64,000 nucleotides of DNA. It comes from a virus. The first letter of the stretch is position 1, and every line of letters starts with the position of its first letter. This document shows, one piece after another, positions 19,464-28,700 of this stretch. The stretch lies in the IMG/VR virus record IMGVR_UViG_3300009073_000002, one strand, 5' to 3'. The translations under genes were made by a program, and so were the position numbers. The notes under the pieces are model-generated. The model made no database searches and had not been told where the DNA came from. It saw only the letters and a list, made by a program, of their open reading frames with translations.

Positions 19464-19875
19464 GGGGGCGAATTGAATCGACTGGAAGCAGTTGGGTGTT
19501 GGTCGTAGCAAGATGGAAACTATCTGTAAAAGTTTCAAACCTTAATTGGAAACGATTATACAAACTCAAGCAAGGATCTCCAGGAGGTTGTTGCAAGTGA
19601 GGCAGATTTCGCGATAGCTGATCTGTTAGAAGGTACTGGCGTTGCCTCTTCATTCGTGAAGGAAAATGCACAGTTGGAGTTAGTCTAACCAAACATCCTG
19701 CATCGGGAGAAATAATAGATGATGGTGGAGCTGCCATTGGCAGCCTTTAGAGGAAAGCTTTATACAAACCTATGCTACTAAAAAGACTGATATTAAACGC
19801 TTAGCAGGACCTCGGGTCGTACCGAGCGCTTCCACGAAGCACTCTTTAGCAAATAGCTAGAGAGTGCCATTATTC
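19464..19875 (+). ncRNA. orphan structured RNA candidate (about 410 nt) with a tmRNA-like 5' end
   Basis: ORF-free and visibly more GC-rich than its surroundings. It has a UUCG-capped hairpin (19647..19662), a 12-bp terminal hairpin (19839..19867) and long-range pairing TGGAAGC (19483) with GCTTCCA (19828). Confidence 0.4.
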
Positions 19876-19894
19876 TTAATTAAATCATATTATT

Positions 19895-20128
19895 ATGCCA
19901 AAAAAAATGGGTAAAAAAACATCTTATGGTAAAGATGTAAAAGGAGCTGAGAAGAGAGGAACAGGAGGTGGAGCGAGAAGAAAGATTGCATCTTTAATGA
20001 AGAAAGGATGGACACAATCTAAAATCGGTAAAAGAGTCGGTAGATCAGCTAGTACTATCTCTCAAATTCACACAGGAGCAATTCAGGATGTACCTGCAGG
20101 TCTCGCTGCTAAGCTAAGAAAGATTTAA
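19895..20128 (+). CDS. small basic helix-turn-helix protein
   Basis: GWTQSKIGKRVGRSASTISQIHTG looks like an HTH. Confidence 0.55.
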   Translation: MPKKMGKKTSYGKDVKGAEKRGTGGGARRKIASLMKKGWTQSKIGKRVGRSASTISQIHTGAIQDVPAGLAAKLRKI

Positions 20129-20332
20129 AGTGACTTTAGATCAAAGATTAATGGAGTCTAAGCAAATATGGTTAGACTCCATTAAAAAATACAAACCATA
20201 TAAAGTGAGATCAGTAATAAGTAATTAATAACCATTTAAAATCAAATAATAATCAAATCAACAACAACAATATCTAATTTAAAAAAAGAGAATGTTTTTG
20301 TATCGTTTTCAGGAGGTAGAACATCAGCTTAT

Positions 20333-21124
20333 ATGTGCCAGTATTTGCTTAAAAATCATCCTGATAATAACTATCAATTTTTATTTGCTAATACAGGTAA
20401 AGAAAAGAAAGAGACTTTAGATTTTGTACATAATTGTGATGTGGAAATGGGGCTTAATTTATCTTGGATAGAGTATGATCCCCAAGACGAATATGGAAAG
20501 AAAAACTGGTTTAAATTAGTTGACTATGAAACTGCTTCAAGAAATGGAGAGCCATTTGCTAAATTCATAAAGAAGGAAAGAATACCTAATTCGGCATACC
20601 CTAATTGTAGTGGTAGACTTAAATCTTTACCAATGCATAATTATATAAAATATCACCTTAAATGGGAAGATTATTATACATGTATAGGTATCAGATATGA
20701 TGAAAGGAAAAGGGTTAGAAATTGGGTTAAAGCTAATGAGAAAAAATACTTATATCCTTTAATAACTGATCATCGAATTGATGAAATGTTTGTAAGGAAT
20801 TATTGGGCCAAACAAGATTATGATTTGAACTTGAAAGATTATCAAGGTAATTGTGATTTTTGTTACAAAAAATCATTTAGAAAACTACTTACTTTAGCAA
20901 GTGAAGATCCAGATGGTTTAGATTGGTGGTCAGAAATGGAGGAAAAACACGGTGACGGATATACTTTCTTTAGGGATAATATTAGTGCAAATGAAATAAG
21001 AGAGTTATCTAAAAATAAGAGATTTGAAAAAGTTAAGGACTTACATCAACAAAGAAATATCAGTAATTATTTGTTCGATATGGATGCAGAAGCCACTTGT
21101 TTCTGTAACTTAGATGAATATTAA
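20333..21124 (+). CDS. PAPS-reductase/PP-loop ATP-pyrophosphatase family protein (true start unresolved, upstream of 20333)
   Basis: The PP-loop motif VSFSGGRTSAYM is encoded in frame at 20300..20335, before the first in-frame ATG. See the finding for 20151..20335. Confidence 0.7.
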   Translation: MCQYLLKNHPDNNYQFLFANTGKEKKETLDFVHNCDVEMGLNLSWIEYDPQDEYGKKNWFKLVDYETASRNGEPFAKFIKKERIPNSAYPNCSGRLKSLPMHNYIKYHLKWEDYYTCIGIRYDERKRVRNWVKANEKKYLYPLITDHRIDEMFVRNYWAKQDYDLNLKDYQGNCDFCYKKSFRKLLTLASEDPDGLDWWSEMEEKHGDGYTFFRDNISANEIRELSKNKRFEKVKDLHQQRNISNYLFDMDAEATCFCNLDEY

Positions 21125-21147
21125 TAACCATTTAAAATCATAAATCA

Positions 21148-21507
21148 ATGGATTTATTTAATCAACAAATTGCAAGACAAAACGCAGAAGAAGGAATCGC
21201 TAGAGCCGTTGGCCATGCCAATAAGGTAAGCGAGAAATGGTCAGTTAGAGTAAAGAAACTCTTTCACCAGTATCTGATTCAAACACCAGGAGAATTCTTT
21301 ATGGAAGACTTTCGAGTGTTTGCAAAGGGAAGGATAGAAGATCCACCAAGCAATAGAGCCTTTGGAGGTGTGTCTAGGTCATTTTCTCATAAAGGGTATA
21401 TTACTAGAATTAGAATAGATAAAACAACTGGGATAACTGCTCATGGGGCAAATGCAACAGTTTGGCAGCGAACACCAAAATTCATTGAGGAATGCCGGAA
21501 TAAATGA
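21148..21507 (+). CDS. hypothetical protein
   Basis: Preceded by the 19-mer TAATAACCATTTAAAATCA. Confidence 0.6.
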   Translation: MDLFNQQIARQNAEEGIARAVGHANKVSEKWSVRVKKLFHQYLIQTPGEFFMEDFRVFAKGRIEDPPSNRAFGGVSRSFSHKGYITRIRIDKTTGITAHGANATVWQRTPKFIEECRNK

Positions 21508-21526
21508 CCGTAGGGAATTGAGTATT

Positions 21527-21634
21527 ATGAAACATGAACTGAGTCCTCTTTATGTCAAAGAAAACAAATTAGAAAGGCTAAAAATCAGATTAAAGAAACT
21601 GGAAATAGCGATTATCACTCGTCTCATTGCGTAG
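21527..21634 (+). CDS. small hypothetical protein (35 aa)
   Basis: An internal ATG of track ORF 21443..21634 that avoids overlapping the upstream gene. The 3' end lies inside the hairpin at 21611..21663. Confidence 0.3.
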   Translation: MKHELSPLYVKENKLERLKIRLKKLEIAIITRLIA

Positions 21635-21663
21635 GCTTTGAGATGGGCGATATGAGTGATAAT
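21611..21663 (+). repeat. GC-rich hairpin closed by ATTATCACTC/GAGTGATAAT (10 bp)
   Basis: Perfect 10-bp outer stem. Member of the ATTATC...GATAAT hairpin family. Confidence 0.7.
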
Positions 21664-21733
21664 GGATTGAGTGCATACGTCTTCTTTTTCTTCCTGCGGG
21701 GAGGGCATTACTTAAACTAAAATATTTATTAAA

Positions 21734-22039
21734 ATGACAATACTATTAGAAGACAGAATCAATAAGATATTCGATGAATTATACGAGATCAGATATAGCG
21801 AAGTAGAAGCTGACAAATATTACATACAAATAGATGTGTGGGACAAAAAAAGCCAAAGTGTACACTCATCATTACTTACAAGGCAAAAAGAGAATCTTTA
21901 TCTATCTGAGGTCAAGGCTCAAGTAATAATACAGGCTTGTGGATTTGTAATAGATAAGTACGAAAGAATGAAACACGAGAAACAATCTTCTATAAACGCA
22001 ATAAAAAAAGCGTTGGCAAAAGAGGAAGAAAAAATATGA
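21734..22039 (+). CDS. hypothetical protein
   Basis: 101-aa ORF. Confidence 0.55.
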   Translation: MTILLEDRINKIFDELYEIRYSEVEADKYYIQIDVWDKKSQSVHSSLLTRQKENLYLSEVKAQVIIQACGFVIDKYERMKHEKQSSINAIKKALAKEEEKI

Positions 22040-22130
22040 CGTTATGCACTCTATTATCAGTAAGCGAAGGGATTGAGTATAATGGAGTAGCCGATATGTG
22101 GAGTTTATTTTTTTTAATTGAGCAGAGCAA

Positions 22131-22364
22131 ATGACAGACAAATCATTCTTACAAAGCAAATGGAAGCCTTTCGAGATAGTTAGGTTTAAATGCAGTCACT
22201 TCAATAGAGAAATAGAAGCCATCATAGTGGGGATGGATTTTGAAGATAGAACATTCAATATTAGACCACTGGATGTAGAAATGTATGAAGATGAATTAGT
22301 GACAGTAAATATGAGCGAAATAAAACGTGGAGGCATACCAAAGCTGAGGGTGGTAAAAAAATAA
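22131..22364 (+). CDS. hypothetical protein
   Basis: 77-aa ORF. Confidence 0.5.
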   Translation: MTDKSFLQSKWKPFEIVRFKCSHFNREIEAIIVGMDFEDRTFNIRPLDVEMYEDELVTVNMSEIKRGGIPKLRVVKK

Positions 22365-22382
22365 ATTCCATCATATCGGCTT

Positions 22383-22414
22383 ATTATGTGGAGTCCGTAG
22401 GATTACACCATAAT
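22383..22414 (+). repeat. hairpin ATTATG...CATAAT
   Basis: Member of the hairpin family. Followed by ATAATAGAAAATGATAAC. Confidence 0.5.
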
Positions 22415-22483
22415 AGAAAATGATAACGATAGTCGCTATCATCAAATGGAAAACAAATCTTAAACAACAGTAAAATATAAAGA

Positions 22484-22750
22484 ATGAAATACTTAAAATC
22501 AATATCCACAAAAGCGATTATCTGTTATCTATTGTTATCTATAGTATCCTGCTCAAATGTTTGTTTAAACCCCGACTGCCGTTTTGAGCAATTGGAAGCC
22601 CCAATTACATTGACATCTAAAAGCTTCAATACAATAATCCTGACGGACAGCAATGGTAAAATATGGCAATCATCAACGGGCTGGAATATTGCTCAAAACA
22701 TTCTAACAGATGGATATCAAATCGGAGATACAATAGGATATTATAGATAA
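22484..22750 (+). CDS. putative lipoprotein
   Basis: Signal peptide with a lipobox-like LSIVSC. Confidence 0.55.
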   Translation: MKYLKSISTKAIICYLLLSIVSCSNVCLNPDCRFEQLEAPITLTSKSFNTIILTDSNGKIWQSSTGWNIAQNILTDGYQIGDTIGYYR

Positions 22751-22864
22751 TGGGCGTCGCGTATGCGACTGTTTGAATTGCGTCATACGCGTAATTATCC
22801 TCTGCGGTCACGCTGCGACGCCCATTATCCACCACAACAGGTCATCAGACCGTGGTGGATAATG
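22747..22864 (+). repeat. 118-bp double-hairpin palindromic element, copy A (MITE-like)
   Basis: Nearly identical to 23551..23666. A 14-bp stem ATAATGGGCGTCGC/GCGACGCCCATTAT plus a 12-bp stem ATTATCCACCAC/GTGGTGGATAAT. Confidence 0.85.
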
Positions 22865-22959
22865 GAAAATGATATACGATGCGACTGAAAGGAGTAGCGT
22901 TATATCTATAATTATCTGATGGAACGAAGTGAAATGAACTGTTAAAATAAATCAAAATC

Positions 22960-23271
22960 ATGTACAATAAAGACTTAATCGAAGTACGACAAAAAGCAAT
23001 TCTTAACGAAGATACTTCATGTGTACGAAAGTTAGAAAATGTAGGTAGACTTAAAGGAGGTGCTACCATAGGAATCAAGTGGAAAGACTACGATCAGAGT
23101 GACATAGGTTACTTATTCCAAATGCCAGAAATGGAAGATGATGTATATGACTACTATATTCATGTACCACAACCACAGAATCCAATCGGAATGGACACTG
23201 CACCTCCTGTATGGACTCACTTAATAGAATTGCTTTCTAACGAGATGGTTGTTAAAATCACGGTGCTTTGA
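22960..23271 (+). CDS. hypothetical protein
   Basis: 103-aa ORF between the two repeat copies. Confidence 0.55.
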   Translation: MYNKDLIEVRQKAILNEDTSCVRKLENVGRLKGGATIGIKWKDYDQSDIGYLFQMPEMEDDVYDYYIHVPQPQNPIGMDTAPPVWTHLIELLSNEMVVKITVL

Positions 23272-23349
23272 TTTATTTTAATTGCAGATAATGAAAAATG
23301 ATAACTCTCGTCTATCTCGTGTGGGTGGGCGAACTAACTATAAATAAAA

Positions 23350-23490
23350 ATGAAGATTACAATATCGATAATGTATATAATAAGCGGAACACTATTCTTT
23401 CTTGCAGACAATATAGGACTAAGCGTAGCCTGTTGTGGTATGTCAATATGGTATGGATACGAAGCTGAAAGAGGGATGAGAGATATATGA
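23350..23490 (+). CDS. small membrane protein (46 aa)
   Basis: Read manually: MKITISIMYIISGTLFFLADNIGLSVACCGMSIWYGYEAERGMRDI. Confidence 0.35.
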   Translation: MKITISIMYIISGTLFFLADNIGLSVACCGMSIWYGYEAERGMRDI

Positions 23491-23550
23491 GATGTTATCT
23501 ATTATTATACAGAGTCCTATGGGTGGGCTTTGTGTAGTGCTGGATTCTGT

Positions 23551-23666
23551 ATAATGGGCGTCGCGTATGCGACTGTTTGAATTGCGTCATACGCGTAATT
23601 ATCCTCTGCGGTCACGCTGCGACGCCCATTATCCACCACGCGGTCATCAGACCGTGGTGGATAATG
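23551..23666 (+). repeat. 116-bp double-hairpin palindromic element, copy B
   Basis: Differs from copy A only at CAC-GC-GGTC versus CAC-AACA-GGTC. Confidence 0.85.
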
Positions 23667-23734
23667 TAGTTGTGATAAGATGAGTTAAATCCTACCTTGA
23701 GGGTAGGCAAATTAGTAAACAATAAATTAGAAAT

Positions 23735-23932
23735 ATGAAAGTATACAAAGCATTACAATACTCAATATTAAAACTTGGTCCAATACCAATAGAATTTCAA
23801 GAAGAAGCTATTTTTCACACAGCTACAGACTTATTAGAGGTAGAACTTAATTTAGACTTTTCAAGATTTGAGCAACTTATAGACGACGAATGGATATTAT
23901 TAGAGGACTTGAAAAAACGAAGAACTTTATAG
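23735..23932 (+). CDS. hypothetical protein
   Basis: 65-aa ORF. Confidence 0.5.
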   Translation: MKVYKALQYSILKLGPIPIEFQEEAIFHTATDLLEVELNLDFSRFEQLIDDEWILLEDLKKRRTL

Positions 23933-23969
23933 AAGCGTTGGCGTAGGATTTCATTCATTCTTATCACGT

Positions 23970-24025
23970 ATTATCATCTGTCCTTCGTGGGTGGATTTTG
24001 AGACGTGGTAAGGATGGATGATAAT
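23970..24025 (+). repeat. hairpin closed by ATTATCATC/GATGATAAT (9 bp)
   Basis: Member of the hairpin family. Followed by ATAATTACTTGATAAA. Confidence 0.65.
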
Positions 24026-24078
24026 TACTTGATAAACATACCCAATGTAGAACCACCACTGACAACCAATAACTTAAC

Positions 24079-24300
24079 ATGGTTACAAAAGAAATAATAA
24101 GTAAATGGAAGTGCGAATCAATACTGATTACCTCAGATAACCAAGTATATAATCAAAGAGGTGTTAAATTAAAAATGCAGCTCAAAGGATCAAGTAAAGG
24201 GTATTACATTAATAGAAGATTTAGAACGCTTAAATGGATCAAAAATAATTGTATTTTAGCTTCTGTATTAATTAAGCAAGACATCTTATGTCCTTTTTAA
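24079..24300 (+). CDS. hypothetical protein
   Basis: 73-aa ORF. Confidence 0.5.
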   Translation: MVTKEIISKWKCESILITSDNQVYNQRGVKLKMQLKGSSKGYYINRRFRTLKWIKNNCILASVLIKQDILCPF

Positions 24301-24312
24301 ATTAAAACAAAT

Positions 24313-24699
24313 ATGCAAGAATTTGACGGATTAAAAAATCCAATAGAAAAAACAGAGGTTCAAGAAAAGAAAAAGAACCAGAAGCATGTAGGTCGCATTA
24401 ATATGAGGCCAGGGATGAAGGTATTTAAGTGGTTTGATGGCGACGTCAAGGAGCTCAAAGATGACGACTATGAATACTTGCCAGTAGAGATAAGACAGAC
24501 TACATCTCTTATTCCGAGAAAGGAAGGTCGGATGCTTCGCTATGATCCTAAGACAAAGTTAGTTCCAAAAAGAAAGGTGAAGGTTACTCAGCATGAGTTG
24601 AATAATGGAGTCTTATTTATAGAAGCGCTGAACAGAAAGAATGCAGTAAAGAAATTTCAAAAAAAAGGCAAGTATATAAAGCCGAAGAACTTGGTTTAG
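24313..24699 (+). CDS. hypothetical basic protein
   Basis: 128-aa, K/R-rich. Confidence 0.6.
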   Translation: MQEFDGLKNPIEKTEVQEKKKNQKHVGRINMRPGMKVFKWFDGDVKELKDDDYEYLPVEIRQTTSLIPRKEGRMLRYDPKTKLVPKRKVKVTQHELNNGVLFIEALNRKNAVKKFQKKGKYIKPKNLV

Positions 24700-24729
24700 A
24701 CTATATTTGTGTCATCTTAAAGTTGATTC

Positions 24730-24758
24730 ATCCCCTCTCCGGGGATATTTTGATTTTT
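24730..24758 (+). terminator. intrinsic terminator
   Basis: ATCCCC-TCTCC-GGGGAT followed by ATTTTGATTTTT. Confidence 0.5.
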
Positions 24759-24772
24759 GATTCTAAATGGTT

Positions 24773-24800
24773 GGGGTTAAGGCGTGATTTCCTTAGCCCC
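24773..24800. terminator. 10-bp hairpin between convergent genes
   Basis: GGGGTTAAGG...CCTTAGCCCC (one G-U pair). Confidence 0.4.
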
Positions 24801-24808
24801 CATTTTAT

Positions 24809-25318
24809 TCACAGTTGAGAAGCAATTACAATACTTGCAACAATAGCTGCTCCTGCAATACCAACAACTTTAGTAGTGATATCTTTTCTCTTTATTCTCT
24901 TCAGTTCTTTCTTATAATCTTCAATCTCTTTATTCTTACCTCTTAACTCCTTGTCCAGTTCTTTAGTGTGAACGGCTAATAGATTTAGTTTAGATCTCAT
25001 TCTCTCCATATCTAATGCACTCTGATCAACTACATCCTGATAGTCCTGTATAGTCTTCTGGTAAGTCACTATAATCGCGTCAGTTTGCTCTCTCTGTGTC
25101 TCATATTGCTTCATAGCATCTAACTTCAACTGATTGTGAGTTCTACTCAGATCATTCTCTATGACAAAGTTTACGATATTCTGCATCGCTTCATACTTCT
25201 CGTATGGAAGTACGTAGGAGTCAGTCATTGTAGTGAAGTTCTCTCCTGGTAAAAGCCTTTGAGCATTGAGAGAGAATCCAATTAAGCAAAGGAATAGGGT
25301 GATTTTTAGATTATTCAT
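24809..25318 (-). CDS. secreted/tail-anchored coiled-coil protein (spanin-like, tentative)
   Basis: Signal peptide ...GFSLNAQ, a long coiled coil, and a C-terminal TM segment VVGIAGAAIVASIVIA. Confidence 0.55.
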   Translation of the reverse strand: MNNLKITLFLCLIGFSLNAQRLLPGENFTTMTDSYVLPYEKYEAMQNIVNFVIENDLSRTHNQLKLDAMKQYETQREQTDAIIVTYQKTIQDYQDVVDQSALDMERMRSKLNLLAVHTKELDKELRGKNKEIEDYKKELKRIKRKDITTKVVGIAGAAIVASIVIASQL

Positions 25319-25667
25319 ATTTTTGATATTCTTCGATTAGGTAATTTAATTGATCTGCTTCTTTGATAGCTTCGTCAAAAGATTGAGAGTTGAAAGAATT
25401 GACTAAGTTAGTTAGACTGTCAAGGTCTTTTTTGTTTCGATACATTAAGTTTGCAAGCTTTTTGTTAGATTCATCAATCTTTAGAGTTATAGCTTCAATA
25501 GCATCTATGTTAGACTCAGTAGAATCGATGTGCTCAACAAAGCCCTCATCCTCCGCGAGTCTGAAGTTGTTGTAGTTCCACTTAAAGAGTAAAAACGACT
25601 CAACAATTACAGCAATTACCGTTATAATAAGGAGTAAATTGAGAGTCTTATTATTTAATTTGATCAT
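25311..25667 (-). CDS. N-terminally anchored membrane protein
   Basis: TM segment LLLIITVIAVIVESFLLF. Overlaps the downstream gene by 8 nt. Confidence 0.55.
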   Translation of the reverse strand: MIKLNNKTLNLLLIITVIAVIVESFLLFKWNYNNFRLAEDEGFVEHIDSTESNIDAIEAITLKIDESNKKLANLMYRNKKDLDSLTNLVNSFNSQSFDEAIKEADQLNYLIEEYQKYE

Positions 25668-25700
25668 GATTTACAGTATTTTAATCCAAAAATAAGCAAA

Positions 25701-28700
25701 ATGCCTCAGATAGAAGCGAGATTTGATCACATGTACACCGATGGTATTCCCCAAGAGTCACCATCAATGAAGTATAGAAACGCATACGGATGGTCTAAAT
25801 TGCAAGATGCAGTACGTACTGGATACATCTCAACAGAGACTGCAAATAACATCAAAGCAAGCCTACCGTCAGGCTCAGATATTAGAGGATGGTACTACAT
25901 AGAAGAAAGAGATTGGCACATATTTCTCAATCAAGTAGGTGGTACTGATGAAATAGGAGTCTACAAAGAATTAGAATGCAAGTACTATCGAGTTGTTAGA
26001 GATGGTGACCTAGATTGCCCATTAGAATTATCATCTTGTAGATGGTTCCAGATGGCAGTTAATGTCCATGGAAATTGCAATAGAATCAAAATCCATTATT
26101 CAGATAATAAGAATATGTATCGAGTGGTTGATATCACTGATCCATGTTGTGAGCTTAAAGAAGGCTCTCTGAACGATACAAAGCTACTGAAGTGCACTTG
26201 TATACCAACTTTAAAGAAAACAGTACTCAATGGCCATGGACGACTGCCAAATGGATCGTATAGAGCCGCGCTGATGTTGTTTGATGAAGATGGTAATGAT
26301 ACAAACTACTCTATCACTACTCATTCAATGGTTGTCAGTGATAATAGCCATAGAGTAGGTGAAGTAAGTGATTCAGCTATTTTGATAGAAGCATATGGAC
26401 TCCCAGAGGGATATACTTTCGGAAGATTAGTTATTGTCGAGGTAGTAAATGGAGCAGAGAGATATCGAGTGATAGATAGAATCGGTATCGGACAGGGGAG
26501 ATTAAAATTCACGTACACAGGAAACGAGGGGTACTATGAGGAAGGTATAGCTGAAGATATTCGATTAAGAAAGAGAAGATGGTTTAAGGGTGCAGGCATT
26601 CACAATCATAATGGAATTCCTATTTTCTATAACATTGAACCTGAGAGAAATTGGGATCTACAAAGATTAGTCAATACTTTCAAGGTTAGATACTATCGAT
26701 ATGCAGTTCCTGCTAATGAAGCTAAGTATTATGAAGGATTTAGACCAAATGAGATCCTTTCTTTTTCTATTAATTTCAATCTTAAAGGTGGTAGAAAAAC
26801 TAAAGCTTTTATTCTTTCAAATGACAATGTAGTAACTGGTGGTGAAGTTGTTACTACTTGTGATGGATGTAAGATTCCTTTCTGGTTTGCAAATGATACT
26901 TCTAAAAGAATAAATGGATACAGTACAGTAGAAGAAGCTATAGAGGCTCAAGAAAGAAAGAGTCAAGGAGTTAACCAAGATTTTAAAGTTAGTGCCTCTC
27001 CAACAATGAAAATCACTAAGACTGATGGGAAAGCATCATCTAGTGGATATGGTCCTACTATGAATTATTGTGAGTGTTTTGAATGCATTAATACGCTTCA
27101 GAAGTGCTACAAAGAGTTCATGCTTCAAATTATTATCTTCTTAAATTGTATTACTTCTGCTATTAATTTTGTTTTAGATTTTATATCAGGAGATGATGGC
27201 TCAGGTTGGAGCTGCCCAACATTGGCTTTGACTGATGCTACTGACGATTGCTCATGTGACAAAGTATCTAAATGTGCTAGTTTACGTGCTGAAGCAAATG
27301 CTAGAAGTACTGTTGATAGAATAGTTGACGAGACCTACCTTGACAATAATGAAGACATCATTGAGTTTAGAGAAGGCGAAAGAAACAATCCTGCTGCGTC
27401 TGGTGCTGATGAAAGTCAGTTTACTTACCTTAAATCTGAATGGAAATGTGGACCTGACTATAAAGATGGAGACTTCCTAGTCCACAATCAGATTACTTTT
27501 AAATGTATTGGTGGTTATTGGCATTACGTAAATGGTAGCCACATCTTCGAACCACATCCTGCCGTTAATTTTGACAATAAAAATATTCCTTTAGCTCTTA
27601 AAGAAAGAGCTCTTGGCCGTAATGGTAACTCCCATGTCGCAGGAGATGAAAACGATGAAGACTGTATCCCAATCAGAACAAAGCCTATTTACTTTAGTCA
27701 TGGTTGCTTTGGATATGCTGAATCAGAAGAATTGTATCCTGAAACGATCAGTCGATTAGATTGTGAGAAGATGTATGGAGATCTAGCAGGAAAGCCAGTT
27801 CGACACTTCAGAGTGCCATCTAGTACTAAAGAGGTTCATTTTGCTTCTACTGGATCAAATGTAGAAAGTCATCTAAACCCTGCAAATAATGTACTGGATA
27901 ATACATGGGTTATACTAACAGGTCTTAGTGTTGAAGGGATTGAAATTCCAGATGAATTACAACCTTACCTTTGTGAGAATCAACCATTTGATATCAATCA
28001 AGCGCCATTATTAGAAGCTGAAAAAACAGTACTTAATAGTGGAATACTTCATGGAACATTCGAAGGTCCAATATATGGAGAGACGCATTTACATCCTAAA
28101 CATGGAGTTAATAGTCCTGAGTTTTATGATCCTGCAATACAAAGGGCATTCAACAACTCATTCAGGCGAGGATCTGCAAGTACTGTTCCTGCATATATTT
28201 TGCAGTCACCTGATGTTATGCTCTATAGAAATAGAATGGATGCTCACTTCTGGATTACAGAATTGGAAGTTTATGGACAAGGAATCAGGTACGGACATTA
28301 TGCAAATGGATTAGAGCCAGAAAAATCAACTATTCCAAGATTTAATCAGGCAGGAGTAAGGCAAGGAGTCAATCTTAATAAGTCTACAACGGCAGCAATT
28401 GGCGAGACACCTATATTTAGATGTATCAAAGGAATGCAGTTTGTAGAAGCTGATGGTAGTGTTGGTACAACAGGTGAGTTTACATATAGATTTAACAATA
28501 AGTGGAGAGAGTCAGGAATGTATATTGAATTTGAAGGTGATAAAGATGGGTTTAGTGATCCTTTTGCCTTCGAATATGGAAGTACAAATGGAGGAGATGA
28601 TGAAAGTGATACAAGCTTCATTGGTGATGGGATTGATCATTTTGCTTTAATTCCAGATGCTAGAGCTTGGTATGGTTCATCATTGAGATTCTTACCAAGA

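Noticed and set aside
19447-19737. 96-aa minus-strand ORF inside the structured RNA candidate
   Set aside because: It has no start-site context, and its composition is implausibly rich in Pro, Ser, Leu and Arg. The region is better explained by RNA structure (UUCG tetraloop, long helices, its own -7 box on the plus strand).
19464-19875. Calling this locus a bona fide tmRNA (ssrA)
   Set aside because: The 5' 25 nt and one long-range helix look tmRNA-like. However, no 3' acceptor strand complements GGGGGCG, there is no T loop, and no tag reading frame ends in ...LAA. The similarity is reported but the locus is not assigned.
22824-22863. Hammerhead ribozyme in the repeat element (CUGAUGA on the minus strand at GGTCTGATGACC)
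   Set aside because: The CUGAUGA is followed by CC rather than a G-initiated stem II, and no GAAA core or cleavage-site helix is present nearby.
22747-23666. CRISPR array or integron attC sites
   Set aside because: There are only two copies, 116-118 bp long and about 690 bp apart, and coding genes lie between them, so this is not a CRISPR array. The element has no RYYYAAC/GTTRRRY cores, and no integrase is in the window, so it is not a classical attC site.
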